From: Burkholderiales bacterium
GTDB taxonomy: Bacteria > Pseudomonadota > Gammaproteobacteria > Burkholderiales > SG8-41
DNA length: 64,000 nt
NCBI GenBank assembly: GCA_019751125.1
Contig: JAIENU010000083.1
Span: forward strand, 12,621 to 76,620
Direction of reading: 5' to 3'
Below are positions 18,250 through 27,028 of the stretch, one piece after another. How positions within the stretch are numbered: position 1 is the first letter of the stretch; each line of letters begins with the position of its first letter. The notes beneath the pieces are model-generated. The model was not told the origin of the DNA and made no database searches. It saw only the letters and a program-made list of their open reading frames with translations. The translations under genes and the position numbers were made by a program.

Positions 18250-19113
18250 ATGCCAGAAAGTCAATCGAACTTCCACGAAATCAATGGCGTGCGTTACCAC
18301 GCACGCAGCTGGGGCGAAGCCGATGCGCCCGCACTGTTCCTGCTGCACGGCTGGATGGATGCCTCGGCCTCCTTCCAGTTCGTCGTCGAGCAGTTGCAGC
18401 GCAACTGGCGGGTGATTGCCCCCGACTGGCGCGGCTGCGGACTCTCCGGCCGGCCTGTCGGCGGCTACTGGTTTCCCGACTACTACGCCGACCTCGACGC
18501 GCTGCTCGAGCTGTATTCGCCGGATGAACCGGCACGGCTGGTCGGGCACAGCATGGGCGGCGTGATCGCCTGCACCTATTCGGGCCTGCGCCCCGAGCGG
18601 GTGGCCAGACTGGTGTCGCTGGAAGGTTTTGGTCTGGCGCGCACCCGGCCGGCAGATGCGGTGCCGCGCCTGCGCAACTGGCTCAACGAGCTGAAACAGA
18701 CACAGCGGTTTCGCAGCTATACCTCGATCGAGTCCTTTGCCGCGCGCCTGCGCAGCGAAAACCCGCGCCTCGACGATAGCCGCGCGCTGGCGGTGGCCCA
18801 TGCCTGGGCACGGCAGGACAGCGAAGGCCGCGTCGAACTGCGGCACGACCCGCGGCACAAGCGCGTCAACCCGGTATTGTTCCGTCTCGAGGAGCTGATG
18901 GCCTGCTGGCGTGAATGCACCGCGCCGACGCTGTGGGTGTTCGCCCGCGACTCGAAGGGCAGCGGCTACCTGAACGACACACCCGAACAGCTCGCCGAGC
19001 GCAAGGCGGCTTTCCGCGACTATCACGAAGCCTGGATCGAGGATGCCGGCCACATGATGCACCACGACCAGCCGGCAGCCGTGGCGAAACTGATCGAGGA
19101 TTTTGTCGGATGA
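18250..19113 (+). CDS. Alpha/beta-fold hydrolase
   Basis: The oxyanion region is 'LFLLHGWMD', the nucleophile elbow 'LVGHSMGG', and a C-terminal His lies in 'DAGHMMHHD'. Confidence 0.8.
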   Translation: MPESQSNFHEINGVRYHARSWGEADAPALFLLHGWMDASASFQFVVEQLQRNWRVIAPDWRGCGLSGRPVGGYWFPDYYADLDALLELYSPDEPARLVGHSMGGVIACTYSGLRPERVARLVSLEGFGLARTRPADAVPRLRNWLNELKQTQRFRSYTSIESFAARLRSENPRLDDSRALAVAHAWARQDSEGRVELRHDPRHKRVNPVLFRLEELMACWRECTAPTLWVFARDSKGSGYLNDTPEQLAERKAAFRDYHEAWIEDAGHMMHHDQPAAVAKLIEDFVG

Positions 19114-19856
19114 GCGAAACCACCCCGCTGCTCGGCGTACTCGGCGGCATGGGCCCGCTCGCTGCCGCCGATTTCCTGAAAAAACTTGCTGAGGAAACCC
19201 CGGCACAGCGCGACCAGGAGCACATACCCTATGTCGCCTGGGGTGTGCCGCAGATTCCGGACCGGCCTTCGGCCATCCTCGGCCACGGCGAATCACCGCT
19301 GCCGCAGATGCTGGAAGGCGTGCGGCAGCTGCGCCGCGCCGGCGCGACAGCCATTGCCATTGCCTGCAACACCGCGCACCACTGGCATGCCGAACTCGAA
19401 CGCGAAGGTGGCCTGCCGATCCTGCACATCGCCGATGCGGTGTGCAGCGAACTGGACGCCCGTGGCATCCATGGCGGCAAGGTTGGCCTGATTTCCACCG
19501 AGGGCACGGTACACGCAGGCTTCTATCAGGACCGCTTTGCCAAGCATGGCCTCGACTGCATGCCGAGCAGCCGCGAAGACCAGGACAGCCTGGTGCTGCC
19601 GGCCATCGCCGCGGTCAAGGCCAATGATCTGGCGCGTGCGCACCAGCTGGCCATCGCCGCGGTGTCACGCCTGCATGCCGCCGGAGCGCAGGCCGTGGTG
19701 CTGGCCTGCACCGAAACGCCGGTCGCGGTCGATTTCGCCGAGCATCCTGTCGCGGTGCACTGTATTGATGCAACCCGCGCACTGGCCCGCGCCTGTGTCG
19801 CCTGGCACCGGCGGGCATCGGCGCGCCACCTGGACAAATCCGCCGCAAACCGCTGA
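19110..19856 (+). CDS. Aspartate/glutamate racemase family protein
   Basis: Motifs are 'GVLGGMGPLAAADF', 'IACNTAHHW' and 'VLACTETP'. The start was set to ATG 19110, which overlaps the upstream stop as ATGA. Confidence 0.85.
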   Translation: MSETTPLLGVLGGMGPLAAADFLKKLAEETPAQRDQEHIPYVAWGVPQIPDRPSAILGHGESPLPQMLEGVRQLRRAGATAIAIACNTAHHWHAELEREGGLPILHIADAVCSELDARGIHGGKVGLISTEGTVHAGFYQDRFAKHGLDCMPSSREDQDSLVLPAIAAVKANDLARAHQLAIAAVSRLHAAGAQAVVLACTETPVAVDFAEHPVAVHCIDATRALARACVAWHRRASARHLDKSAANR

Positions 19857-19989
19857 ACACGGTCACGCCTGCTGGACAAAGAAATGGCCTTGTCTTAGAT
19901 TGCCTGTGAGCCCGGCCGGCCGATTGAAGATTGCGGCTGCCCACCGGACCCGGAACGCTGAACAACGCCACCGATACAGGAGATCCACC

Positions 19990-20889
19990 ATGTCCCGCAT
20001 CACCCGCATCGCGACCGCAGTTCTCGCAGCCAGCTTCATTGCTGCACCGGCAGTCGCCCAGGAACTCACCGGCACGCTGCGCAAGATTCGCGACACTGGC
20101 AGCATCACCATCGGCCACCGCGAAGCCTCGATCCCGTTCTCCTACCTCGACGACAAGCAGCAGCCCATCGGCTACGCGATGGACCTGTGCATGAAAGTGG
20201 TCGATGCGGTGAAAGCCGAGCTGAAAATGCCCAATCTCAAAGTGGCGTTGCAGCCGGTGACCTCGGCCAACCGCATTCCGCTGCTGCAGAACGGCACCAT
20301 CGACCTCGAATGCGGCTCGACCACCAACTCGGTCGAACGCCAGAAGACCGTGGCTTTCGGACCGACCTATTTCGTCATCAACGTCAGCGCCGCCGCCAAA
20401 AAATCCTCCGGGCTGAAGACGCTGGCTGACCTCAACGGCAAGACCATTTCCACGACCTCGGGCACCACCGCGGTGCCACTGCTGAAGAAGTATGAAAAAA
20501 CCGCCAGCATCGACGTCAAGGAAATCTACGGCAAGGACCACGCCGAATCGATGCAGCTGCTGGCCACCGACCGCGTTGCCGCCTTCGTCATGGATGACAT
20601 CCTGCTCGCCGGCCAGATCGCCAACCAGGCCAACCCCGGCGAATACATGATCTTCTCGGAATCACTGCGCACCGAGCCGTACAGCATGATGCTGCGTCGT
20701 GACGATCCGCAGTTCAAGGGACTGGTTGACCGCACCATTGGAGCCATCTACAAGTCAGGCGAAATCAACAAGATCTACGCCAAGTGGTTCACCAGCCCGA
20801 TCCCGCCGCGCAACGTCAACCTTAATTTCCAGATGACACCGGCGATCCAGGAAGCGTTCAAGAACCCGAACGATCGCGGCGTGCAGTAA
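19990..20889 (+). CDS. gltI: Glutamate/aspartate ABC transporter periplasmic binding protein
   Basis: 299 aa. The signal peptide is 'AVLAASFIAAPAVAQE'. The family 3 SBP core is 'GSITIGHREASIPFSY..QPIGYAMDLC'. Gene order and sizes match gltIJKL. The track ORF from 19537 is over-extended at its N-terminus. Confidence 0.8.
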   Translation: MSRITRIATAVLAASFIAAPAVAQELTGTLRKIRDTGSITIGHREASIPFSYLDDKQQPIGYAMDLCMKVVDAVKAELKMPNLKVALQPVTSANRIPLLQNGTIDLECGSTTNSVERQKTVAFGPTYFVINVSAAAKKSSGLKTLADLNGKTISTTSGTTAVPLLKKYEKTASIDVKEIYGKDHAESMQLLATDRVAAFVMDDILLAGQIANQANPGEYMIFSESLRTEPYSMMLRRDDPQFKGLVDRTIGAIYKSGEINKIYAKWFTSPIPPRNVNLNFQMTPAIQEAFKNPNDRGVQ

Positions 20890-20912
20890 GAGGGCGCCCG
20901 CAGGCGACCACA

Positions 20913-20944
20913 AAGCCGGAATGCGGAAACGCTTCCGGCTTTTT
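20913..20944 (+). terminator. Intrinsic terminator/attenuator hairpin between gltI and gltJ
   Basis: A 9-bp stem, aagccggaa/ttccggctt, encloses a gcg-GAAA-cgc mini-stem and is followed by a T-run. Placement after the binding-protein gene is typical for ABC operons. Confidence 0.45.
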
Positions 20945-21017
20945 CATTTTCAGGGCAAGCTAACGGACAAGGATCTCCCCGGAGCCGCCGGAGAGAGATC
21001 CAAAAAGGGAGAGCGGC

Positions 21018-21764
21018 TTGAACTACAACTGGAACTGGGGGGTCTTTTTCCAGGAGACCCCCGAAGGCGGCACACTCTACTGGGAAATGCTGGTGTCCGG
21101 CCTGGGCTGGACGCTGGCGGTATCAGTGGTGGCCTGGCTGATTGCGATGATCGTCGGCGCCGTGATCGGCACACTGCGCACCCTCGACAGCAAGGCGCCG
21201 GCGCTGTTCGGCCATGCCTGGGTGGAACTGTTCCGCAACATCCCGCTGCTGGTGCAGATGTTCCTCTGGTATTTCGTGATTCCGGAATTCGTGCCGCCGC
21301 TGAAACGCTGGATGGTCAATACCGACCCGGTCTATGCCCAGTTCCTTGCCGCAGTGCTCTGCCTCGGCCTGTTCACCTCGGCGCGTATTGCCGAGCAGGT
21401 GCGCGCCGGCATCCAGTCCCTGCCGCGCGGACAGCGCCTCGCCGGCAGCGCGCTGGGCCTCACCACCTGGCAGACCTACCGTTACGTGCTGCTGCCGATG
21501 GCCTTCCGCATCATCATCCCGCCGCTGACCAGTGAAACGATGAACCTGATCAAGAATTCATCAATCGCGCTGACCATCGGTCTTGCCGAACTCACCTTCC
21601 GCGCACGCGAGCTGGGCGAATACACCTTCAGCTTTTTTGAAGCCTTCACCGCGGCTACCATGGTCTACGTGATCATCTCGATGTCGGCGAACCGGGTGAT
21701 GGCCTGGGTCGAACGCAGGGTCGCGGTGCCGGGCCTGATCGCTGCCGGCGGCGGAGGCCACTGA
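21018..21764 (+). CDS. gltJ: Amino-acid ABC transporter permease
   Basis: 248 aa polytopic protein. The His/Glu/Gln/Arg-type permease region with EAA loop is 'ARIAEQVRAGIQSLPRGQRLAGSALGL'. It has a TTG start with an upstream 'aaagggagag' ribosome-binding site. Confidence 0.8.
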   Translation: MNYNWNWGVFFQETPEGGTLYWEMLVSGLGWTLAVSVVAWLIAMIVGAVIGTLRTLDSKAPALFGHAWVELFRNIPLLVQMFLWYFVIPEFVPPLKRWMVNTDPVYAQFLAAVLCLGLFTSARIAEQVRAGIQSLPRGQRLAGSALGLTTWQTYRYVLLPMAFRIIIPPLTSETMNLIKNSSIALTIGLAELTFRARELGEYTFSFFEAFTAATMVYVIISMSANRVMAWVERRVAVPGLIAAGGGGH

Positions 21765-22447
21765 TGAATTTCGACCTCACGATCATCGTCAACGCCCTGC
21801 CCTACCTGTGGAAGGGTTTCCAGTACACGCTCGAGCTGACGGCGATAGCCGCCGCCGGCGGACTCTTTTTTGGCACCCTGCTGGCGCTGGCGAGGTTGTC
21901 CTCGATCCACGCTCTGCAAATGGTCGCCGCCGGCTACGTCAACCTGATGCGCTCGATACCGCTGGTGCTGGTGATTTTCTGGTTCTTTTTCCTGGTGCCG
22001 CTGATCCTGCAGGCGATCACAGGAGCAACGCGCCCGCCGCAGGTCGGCGCCGAGCGCACCGCAATCATCACTTTCATCATGTTCGAGGCGGCCTACTTCT
22101 GCGAGATCATGCGCGCCGGCATCCAGTCGATACCCCGCGGCCAGATCTTCTCGTCCTATGCGCTGGGCCTCACCTACAGCCAGACCATGCGCCTGGTGAT
22201 CCTGCCGCAGGCCTTCCGCAACATGCTGCCGGTGCTGCTGACCCAGACCATCATCCTGTTCCAGGACACCTCGCTGGTCTATGTGATCTCTGCCACCGAC
22301 TTTGTCGGTGCCGCAGCCAAGGTCGCGCAGCGCGACTCCAAGCTGGTGGAGATGTACCTGTTCGTCGCACTGGTCTATTTCACGCTGTGCTTCTCGCTGT
22401 CACTGGCGGTGAAGCAATTGCAGCAAAAAATCGCCGTCATCCGCTGA
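21764..22447 (+). CDS. gltK: Amino-acid ABC transporter permease
   Basis: 227 aa. The EAA loop region is 'AYFCEIMRAGIQSIPRGQIFSSYALGL'. The start overlaps the gltJ stop. Confidence 0.8.
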   Translation: MNFDLTIIVNALPYLWKGFQYTLELTAIAAAGGLFFGTLLALARLSSIHALQMVAAGYVNLMRSIPLVLVIFWFFFLVPLILQAITGATRPPQVGAERTAIITFIMFEAAYFCEIMRAGIQSIPRGQIFSSYALGLTYSQTMRLVILPQAFRNMLPVLLTQTIILFQDTSLVYVISATDFVGAAAKVAQRDSKLVEMYLFVALVYFTLCFSLSLAVKQLQQKIAVIR

Positions 22448-22460
22448 GGGAACCCCTGTC

Positions 22461-23195
22461 ATGCCCATGATCGAATTCAAAAGTGTCAACAAATGGTACG
22501 GCGGCTTCCAGGTGCTGAGGGACTGCACGACCAAGGTCGAAAAAGGCGAGGTCGTGGTGGTCTGCGGCCCCTCGGGCTCGGGCAAATCGACGCTGATCAA
22601 GTGTGTCAACGCCCTGGAGCCCTTTCAGCAGGGCGAAATCATCGTCAATGGCCAGTCGGTAGGCGACAAGACCACCAACCTGCCGCGGCTGCGCTCGCAA
22701 ATCGGCATGGTGTTCCAGCATTTCGAGCTGTTCCCGCACATGACCGTCCTTGAGAACCTGAACCTGGCGCAGGTCAAGGTGCTCGGCCGTGGTGCCGATG
22801 AGGCCGCCGAAAAATCGCAAATGCTGCTCAAGCGCGTCGGTATGCTCGACCACGCCCCGAAATTTCCCGGCCAGCTCTCCGGCGGCCAGCAGCAGCGCGT
22901 GGCCATTGCCCGAGGCCTGGCGATGGACCCGATCGCGATGCTGTTCGACGAGCCGACTTCGGCACTGGACCCGGAAATGATCAACGAGGTGCTCGACGTG
23001 ATGGTCGAGCTCGCCCACGAGGGCATGACCATGATGTGCGTGACCCACGAAATGGGCTTCGCGCGCAAGGTCGCCCACCGGGTGATCTTCATGGACCGCG
23101 GCGAAATCGTCGAGGACGCGACCAAGGACGAGTTCTTCGGCACCCCGCGCTCCGAACGCGCACAGCTCTTCCTGTCGAAGATTCTGCAGCACTGA
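22461..23195 (+). CDS. gltL: Amino-acid ABC transporter ATP-binding protein
   Basis: The Walker A is 'GPSGSGKST', the signature motif '[13 protein letters not shown]', and the Walker B '[11 protein letters not shown]'. Confidence 0.9.
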   Translation: MPMIEFKSVNKWYGGFQVLRDCTTKVEKGEVVVVCGPSGSGKSTLIKCVNALEPFQQGEIIVNGQSVGDKTTNLPRLRSQIGMVFQHFELFPHMTVLENLNLAQVKVLGRGADEAAEKSQMLLKRVGMLDHAPKFPGQLSGGQQQRVAIARGLAMDPIAMLFDEPTSALDPEMINEVLDVMVELAHEGMTMMCVTHEMGFARKVAHRVIFMDRGEIVEDATKDEFFGTPRSERAQLFLSKILQH

Positions 23196-23254
23196 AAGGG
23201 CGCCGAAGGTAGAATGCGCGCTTTTTACGGAAAGCGCCGAAGGCGCGTCACGAC

Positions 23255-23650
23255 ATGGCTACGAGCACGGCAAAGAAAAAATCCGCGGTCCAGTATGACT
23301 GCAGCAAATGCCCCGGCTACTGCTGCAGCTACCCGTTGATCGAAGTCGGCAAGCGCGACATCGCGCGGCTGGCCAAACACTTCGACATCACCTACGCACA
23401 GGCCGAGTCACGCTATACGCGTTACGACCGCTCTGAAAAAGTGCGTTCGCTGAAGCAGCAGGACGACAAACACTTCGGCAAGATCTGCAAGCTGTTCGAC
23501 ACCAAGAAGCGCTGCTGCACGGTGTATGAGGCACGCCCAGGCGTCTGCCACGAGTATCCGGACGGCAAGCGCTGCGGCTACTACGAGTTCCTGCAGTTCG
23601 AACGCGAACACCAGCAGGATCCCAAGTTCGTCGCCACCACCGACAACTGA
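23255..23650 (+). CDS. YkgJ-family cysteine-cluster (CxxCxGxCC) protein
   Basis: The N-terminal cluster is 'CSKCPGYCCSY'. A second cluster reads 'CKLFD..KRCCTVYEARPGVCHEYP'. Confidence 0.7.
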   Translation: MATSTAKKKSAVQYDCSKCPGYCCSYPLIEVGKRDIARLAKHFDITYAQAESRYTRYDRSEKVRSLKQQDDKHFGKICKLFDTKKRCCTVYEARPGVCHEYPDGKRCGYYEFLQFEREHQQDPKFVATTDN

Positions 23651-23664
23651 AACCGCCTGAGAAC

Positions 23665-23688
23665 CGCGACGCCTAGACCAGCGTCGCG
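23665..23688. terminator. GC hairpin between convergent ykgJ-like gene and argE (weak terminator candidate)
   Basis: An 8-bp stem, cgcgacgc/gcgtcgcg, carries an 8-nt loop. It overlaps the argE stop codon and has no T-run. Confidence 0.25.
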
Positions 23689-24848
23689 CACAGCCCGTGC
23701 AGAAACCGCTCGCAGCGGGCAATCTGCTCGAGGCTGACGAATTCGTCGGGTTTGTGCGCCTCACGGATCGAACCCGGCCCGCAGACCACGGTCGGCACGC
23801 CGGCCACCTGGAACTGCGAGGCCTCGGTGCCGAATGACACCTTGGCGATGTCCGCGCTGCCGGAGAACTCCTGCACCAGGGCGGTGATTTCAGATTCCGC
23901 CGCGGTATCCAGCGCCGGAATCTCCGACATCTTCTGCAGCGTGAAGCCGCTGCGCGGATCCACCGCCTTCATTTCCGGCTCGAGCACCTGGCGCAGGTGC
24001 GTCTCAAACTCGGCGCGCAGCCGGTCGGGATCGTCGCCCGGCAGGTTGCGGAACTCAAAATCAAACATGCATTCGTGCGGCACGATGTTCAGCGCCGTGC
24101 CACCGCGGATCACGCCGGTATGCACCGTGGTGTAGGCCACGTCGAAACCGCGGTCATAAGGGCCGCGGTCGCGATGTCGCCGCGCCAGCCCCTTCAGGAA
24201 GGCCACCGCCTCAGCCGCCGCCTCGACCGCGTTGACACCATACGGCGCGTAAGCGGAATGTGAAGCCAGGCCGCGCACCGTGCAGCGGTAACTCTGTTTG
24301 CCCTTGTGCGCGATCACCGGCCGCATCTCGGTCGGCTCGCCGACGATGCAGGATTTCGGCCGGATGCCGGCCGCCACCATGTCGGCCAGCAGCCCGCGCA
24401 CGCCGAGGCAGCCAACCTCCTCGTCATAGGAAAACGCCAGGTGCAGCGGCGTGTTGAGGCCGCGCTGCACATGCTCCGGCACCACCGCCAGCACGCAGGC
24501 GATGAAACCCTTCATGTCCGAAGTACCGCGGCCGTAGAGCCGGCCGTCACGTTCGATGACGGTGAAGGGATCACTCGCCCAGTCCTGCCCGTCCACCGGC
24601 ACCACATCGGTATGCCCGGACAGCACGATACCGGGCTCCTTGCGCGGCCCCAGCGTCGCAAACAGGTTGGCCTTGCCACGCTCGGCGTCGTAGGTCAGGC
24701 GGATCTCGGCATTGAGCGGACGCAGGTACTCGCGCACGAAATCGATCAGCTCAAGGTTGGAATCCCGGCTGACCGTGGGAAAGGCGATCAGCGTGCGGAT
24801 CAGGTCCAGCGTTTCCGCGGCCGGCGCGGCATCGGGTTGGATTTGCAC
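23673..24848 (-). CDS. argE: Acetylornithine deacetylase-type M20 metallopeptidase
   Basis: 391 aa. Matching regions are 'LIAFPTVSRDSNLELI', 'GKANLFATLG', 'LSGHTDVVPV' and 'GRGTSDMKG'. ArgE versus a related M20 deacylase cannot be separated by eye. Confidence 0.75.
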   Translation of the reverse strand: MQIQPDAAPAAETLDLIRTLIAFPTVSRDSNLELIDFVREYLRPLNAEIRLTYDAERGKANLFATLGPRKEPGIVLSGHTDVVPVDGQDWASDPFTVIERDGRLYGRGTSDMKGFIACVLAVVPEHVQRGLNTPLHLAFSYDEEVGCLGVRGLLADMVAAGIRPKSCIVGEPTEMRPVIAHKGKQSYRCTVRGLASHSAYAPYGVNAVEAAAEAVAFLKGLARRHRDRGPYDRGFDVAYTTVHTGVIRGGTALNIVPHECMFDFEFRNLPGDDPDRLRAEFETHLRQVLEPEMKAVDPRSGFTLQKMSEIPALDTAAESEITALVQEFSGSADIAKVSFGTEASQFQVAGVPTVVCGPGSIREAHKPDEFVSLEQIARCERFLHGLCATLV

Positions 24849-24947
24849 GACCGATTACGTCCCTTGTTAAAGAGCCAGCATAGGCAGGCATGCAGAGGCT
24901 GTCAACGCAGCAGGTGACTGAGACGTAAACACGAACATCGCCCCTTG

Positions 24948-24985
24948 ATTCCTTCCCCCTCAGGGGGAAGGCTAGGATGGGGGTG
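24948..24985. repeat. Left terminal inverted repeat with hairpin core (ccttccccc-tca-gggggaagg)
   Basis: Seen directly in the sequence. It pairs with the repeat at 25389-25448 in inverted orientation. Confidence 0.6.
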
Positions 24986-25027
24986 TGCACACCACATCAC
25001 ACAGCCCAAGCCCAACACTGCAATCAC

Positions 25028-25387
25028 ATGCCCAGACTGACGCCAATCCAGCGCTCAAATTCCCACCGGCTTCGCAAAAACATGACCGATGCGGAACTGG
25101 CACTCTGGCAACAACTTCGTTTACGACAGGTTCACGGCCTCAAATTCCGCCGGCAATACCCTATCGGGCCTTACATCGCAGACTTCGCATGTCTCTCGAT
25201 AAAATTGATCATCGAGGTAGATGGCAGCCAGCATGCCGATCAAAAAAATGCGGATATTCAGCGGGACCAGAGCCTTCACAAAGCAGGATTCAAGGTGCTG
25301 CGATTCTGGGATACTGAGGTCTTGCAGGAAACCGAAAGCGTAATGGAGTTTATATGGGCCGTAGCACAAGAGCGGACAGCACTTTGA
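25028..25387 (+). CDS. DUF559 (Vsr-like endonuclease fold) domain protein
   Basis: 119 aa. 'MTDAELALWQQLRLRQVHGLKFRRQYPIGPYIADFACLSIKLIIEVDGSQH....DQSLHKAGFKVLRFWDTEV' is the classic DUF559 pattern. The start was set to ATG 25028. Confidence 0.85.
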   Translation: MPRLTPIQRSNSHRLRKNMTDAELALWQQLRLRQVHGLKFRRQYPIGPYIADFACLSIKLIIEVDGSQHADQKNADIQRDQSLHKAGFKVLRFWDTEVLQETESVMEFIWAVAQERTAL

Positions 25388-27024
25388 CCACCCCCACCCT
25401 GGCCCTGCCGTCAAGCGGCACCGAGGTCCCCCTGAGGGGGAGGGAATTTCTCAACGCCGCCAGCAGACGATTCACTGGGTTGGTCTGTGCTGCAAGCTGT
25501 GCATTGATACTGTCGCAAAACGCCGCTGCCGCCGAACTGCGCATCGGCCTCTCCGGGGAAGTGACTTCGCTCGATCCGCATTTCCTCGCCGCACAGCCGA
25601 ACCTGACCGTGGCGCGCCATGTCTTCGAGTCACTCACCGATGTCGATCCGCAGACGCGGCTGATTCCGGGCCTCGCCGAACGCTGGCGCGCGATCGACAC
25701 GCTGACCTGGGAATTCAACCTGCGCCGCGGCGTGAAATTCCATGACGGCACGCCGCTCACCGCGGAGGATGTCGCGTTCTCGCTGGCGCGGCCGCTGTCA
25801 ATCAAGGGCAGCCCCGGCGGTTTTGCCGCGTTCGTGCGTGCCGTCGCTTCAACCACGGTGGTGGACGCACAAACCATCCGCGTGCGCACCAAATATCCCT
25901 ACGGTGCACTGCCCGAGGATCTGAACTCGATCCTGATCGTGTCGAAAAAACATGCCGAGAACGCCGGCCCCGAGGATTTTGATTCAGGCCGCGCGCTGGT
26001 CGGCACCGGGCCCTACCGCTTTGTGCGTTACCAGCGCGGCGACCGCCTCGAGCTCGAGCGCAGCGAACACTGGTGGGGCAAGGCCGCACCCTGGGAACGC
26101 GTCACGCTGCGGGTGATCCCCGCTGATCCCTCACGCACCGCGGCGCTGCTCGCCGGCGAGCTTGACGTGATCGAGCACGTGCCCTCGGCAGATATCAATA
26201 ATATCAATAAAAACAATCGCTTACGTGTTATCCAGACCACTTCCTGGCGGACCATCCTGCTCCACCTCGACCAATATCGGGCACAACCGCCGGGCACCAC
26301 CGATGCCGCGGGCAAACCACTCGCCACAAATCCACTGATGGATGTACGCGTGCGCCGCGCAATCTCCAAAGCCATTCATCGCGAAGCCATCGCGGCAAAA
26401 GTGATGGAAGGCCTCGCCGTGCCGGCAGCAAACATCGTCTCGCCCGGCGTGTTCGGCCACAACAGCGCGTTGAAGACCGAAGCCTTCGATCCTGAAGGCG
26501 CGCGCAAGCTGCTCGCCGAAGCCGGTTATCCGAACGGGTTCCGCATCACTCTCACCGGACCGAACAACCGCTACATCAACGACGAACAGGTGCTGCAGGC
26601 CGTGGCGCAGATGCTTGCCCGCGCCGGCATCCAGACCCGCGTCGAGGCGATGCCGATGTCGGCCTTCCTTGGCCGCGTGCGCAAGGAAGAAACCGCGGTG
26701 TCGCTGCTGGGCTGGGGCTCCTTCGCCGCCGACCTCGCGCTGCGTTCACTGGTTGCCGCACCCAACGCCGAAAAAGGCTACGGCGCCTGGAACTGGGGAC
26801 GTTACGCCAATCCCAAAGTGGACAGCGTGATGGAGCAGGCACTGGCCAGCGTAGACCGCGCAAAGCGCGAAGCACTGGCACGCGAAGCCAACACACTGGC
26901 GATGCAGGATCTTGCCTTCATCCCGATCCACCACCAGGTGGTGAGCTGGGCGATGCGCGCCAATCTGGCCTATACCGCGCGCACCGACGAATTCACCTTC
27001 GCCCACCACTTCTCGCCGCGCTGA
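25354..27024 (+). CDS. ABC transporter substrate-binding protein, family 5 (DppA/OppA/NikA-like)
   Basis: A signal-peptide-like stretch ('LVCAASCALILSQNAAAAE') is followed by 'LRIGLSGEVTSLDPHF', 'AERWRAIDTLTWEFNLRRGVKFHDGTPLTAEDV' and 'RYQRGDRLELERSEHWWG'. The start is uncertain. ATG 25354 overlaps the DUF559 gene and reads through the right repeat. In-frame CTG 25432 or TTG 25480 are alternatives. Confidence 0.8.
   Translation: MGRSTRADSTLTTPTLALPSSGTEVPLRGREFLNAASRRFTGLVCAASCALILSQNAAAAELRIGLSGEVTSLDPHFLAAQPNLTVARHVFESLTDVDPQTRLIPGLAERWRAIDTLTWEFNLRRGVKFHDGTPLTAEDVAFSLARPLSIKGSPGGFAAFVRAVASTTVVDAQTIRVRTKYPYGALPEDLNSILIVSKKHAENAGPEDFDSGRALVGTGPYRFVRYQRGDRLELERSEHWWGKAAPWERVTLRVIPADPSRTAALLAGELDVIEHVPSADINNINKNNRLRVIQTTSWRTILLHLDQYRAQPPGTTDAAGKPLATNPLMDVRVRRAISKAIHREAIAAKVMEGLAVPAANIVSPGVFGHNSALKTEAFDPEGARKLLAEAGYPNGFRITLTGPNNRYINDEQVLQAVAQMLARAGIQTRVEAMPMSAFLGRVRKEETAVSLLGWGSFAADLALRSLVAAPNAEKGYGAWNWGRYANPKVDSVMEQALASVDRAKREALAREANTLAMQDLAFIPIHHQVVSWAMRANLAYTARTDEFTFAHHFSPR
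25389..25448. repeat. Right terminal inverted repeat with hairpin core (tccccc-tga-ggggga)
   Basis: Seen directly in the sequence. It lies inside the nominal 5' end of the downstream binding-protein ORF. Confidence 0.6.
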
Positions 27025-27028
27025 AATC

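Larger units (their letters stand above)
24948..25448 (+). mobile_element. DUF559 gene mini-cassette bounded by imperfect inverted repeats (REP/MITE-like; mobility unproven)
   Basis: The left end (24948-24985) reads 'attccttccccctcagggggaagg' followed by 'ctaggatgggggtg'. The reverse complement of the right end (25389-25448) reads 'aattccctccccctcagggggac', then a 24-nt spacer, then 'ccagggtgggggtg'. The interior is about 50% G+C (hand count, 90/180 over 25141-25320), against about two-thirds in the flanks. Confidence 0.35.

Noticed and set aside
19537-20889. N-terminally extended ORF versions in the track (19537 for gltI, 18915 for the racemase, 43014 for glbO, 45393 for tamB, 54952 for nrdJ, 61535 for paralog C, 33672 for ubiD, 40188 for rhlE, 5253 for apbC).
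   Set aside because: The extensions overlap upstream genes or lack homology. Internal ATG/GTG codons give N-termini and signal peptides typical of each family, so the trimmed coordinates were used.
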